Shown in pieces: positions 63,779-64,000 of a stretch of DNA of 64,000 nucleotides. The stretch lies in the IMG/VR virus record IMGVR_UViG_3300045988_133024, positions 1 through 64,000 of that record; one strand, 5' to 3'. Below the pieces are notes generated by a model, which saw only the letters and a list, made by a program, of their open reading frames with translations, did not search any database and had not been told where the DNA came from. Each line of letters opens with the position of its first letter. Position 1 is the first letter of the stretch. The translations under genes were made by a program, and so were the position numbers. The DNA comes from a virus.

Positions 63779-64000
63779 TGAAGAAAACAGAAACAAAATA
63801 TTACTGTGATTTCTGCCATAAAGAGTGTACCAACAAACATCATAAATTAACAATACCAACAGTTGAATGCCTTGGAGTCAATACCCCTGATCAGTCAATA
63901 ATTGAGTCTATTGACGTAGATGTTTGTCATAGATGTGCAGAGATGGCAGCTGTTATGTTAAATATGATAGCAACATACACACAGGATGCTGAAAAATATA
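63779..64000 (+). CDS. Cys-rich hypothetical protein, 3' partial (runs off the window end)
   Basis: RBS 'ggagg'. Translation MKKTETKYYCDFCHKECTNKHHK... stays open to position 64000. Confidence 0.45.

Overview
This window reads as a co-directional (almost entirely + strand) segment of a large, low-GC, Firmicutes-type phage or prophage genome. The only supported minus-strand gene is an XRE-family HTH regulator. No capsid, tail or terminase genes are visible; this is the early, replication, nucleotide-metabolism and counter-defence part of the genome.

Recognisable content, by position:
- C-terminal fragment of a replication-initiator-like protein, then a tyrosine recombinase (1..1761).
- A five-gene NAD+ salvage/reconstitution block (10769..14965): isochorismatase/nicotinamidase-like, Prs-like kinase, NAMPT-like transferase, macro domain, NadE.
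- An SPFH/flotillin pair (15366..17575).
- A tRNA gene interrupted by a ~68-nt insertion in the anticodon loop (17646..17784), next to a divergent XRE repressor, an operator palindrome and a promoter.
- Two paralogous sigma-70-like factors (27589..28122, 33349..33891).
- A nucleotidyltransferase / HigA-like HTH pair (28136..29229).
- A replisome module (34102..50241): SSB-like protein, DnaB-like helicase, TOPRIM primase-like protein, RecJ-like DHH nuclease, PHP-type DNA polymerase III alpha, ERCC4-like nuclease, RecD-like helicase, NAD-dependent ligase.
- A DUF2829 (Tad2-like) protein and an ADP-ribosylglycohydrolase (51569..53061).
- Anaerobic ribonucleotide reductase NrdD/NrdG (54852..57679) and a guanylate-kinase-like protein (54043..54633).
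- Two adjacent DNA methyltransferase genes (59865..61251).

The most unusual locus is at 23077..25363. A 542-aa Cas12f/TnpB-like RuvC nuclease with an intact D/E/D triad and a zinc finger sits in the phage operon. It has no tnpA and no cas1/cas2. Immediately downstream are two ~100-nt structured direct repeats, each ending in an 'agtgag-loop-ctcact' hairpin, and a mini CRISPR-like array: 2.5 copies of a 36-bp hairpin repeat with 30-31-nt spacers and a degenerate terminal repeat. A stand-alone DHH-DHHA1 phosphoesterase follows. This looks like a phage-borne hypercompact RNA-guided nuclease system. That reading is inferred from sequence motifs only.

All coordinates indexed by hand may be off by 1-2 nt.
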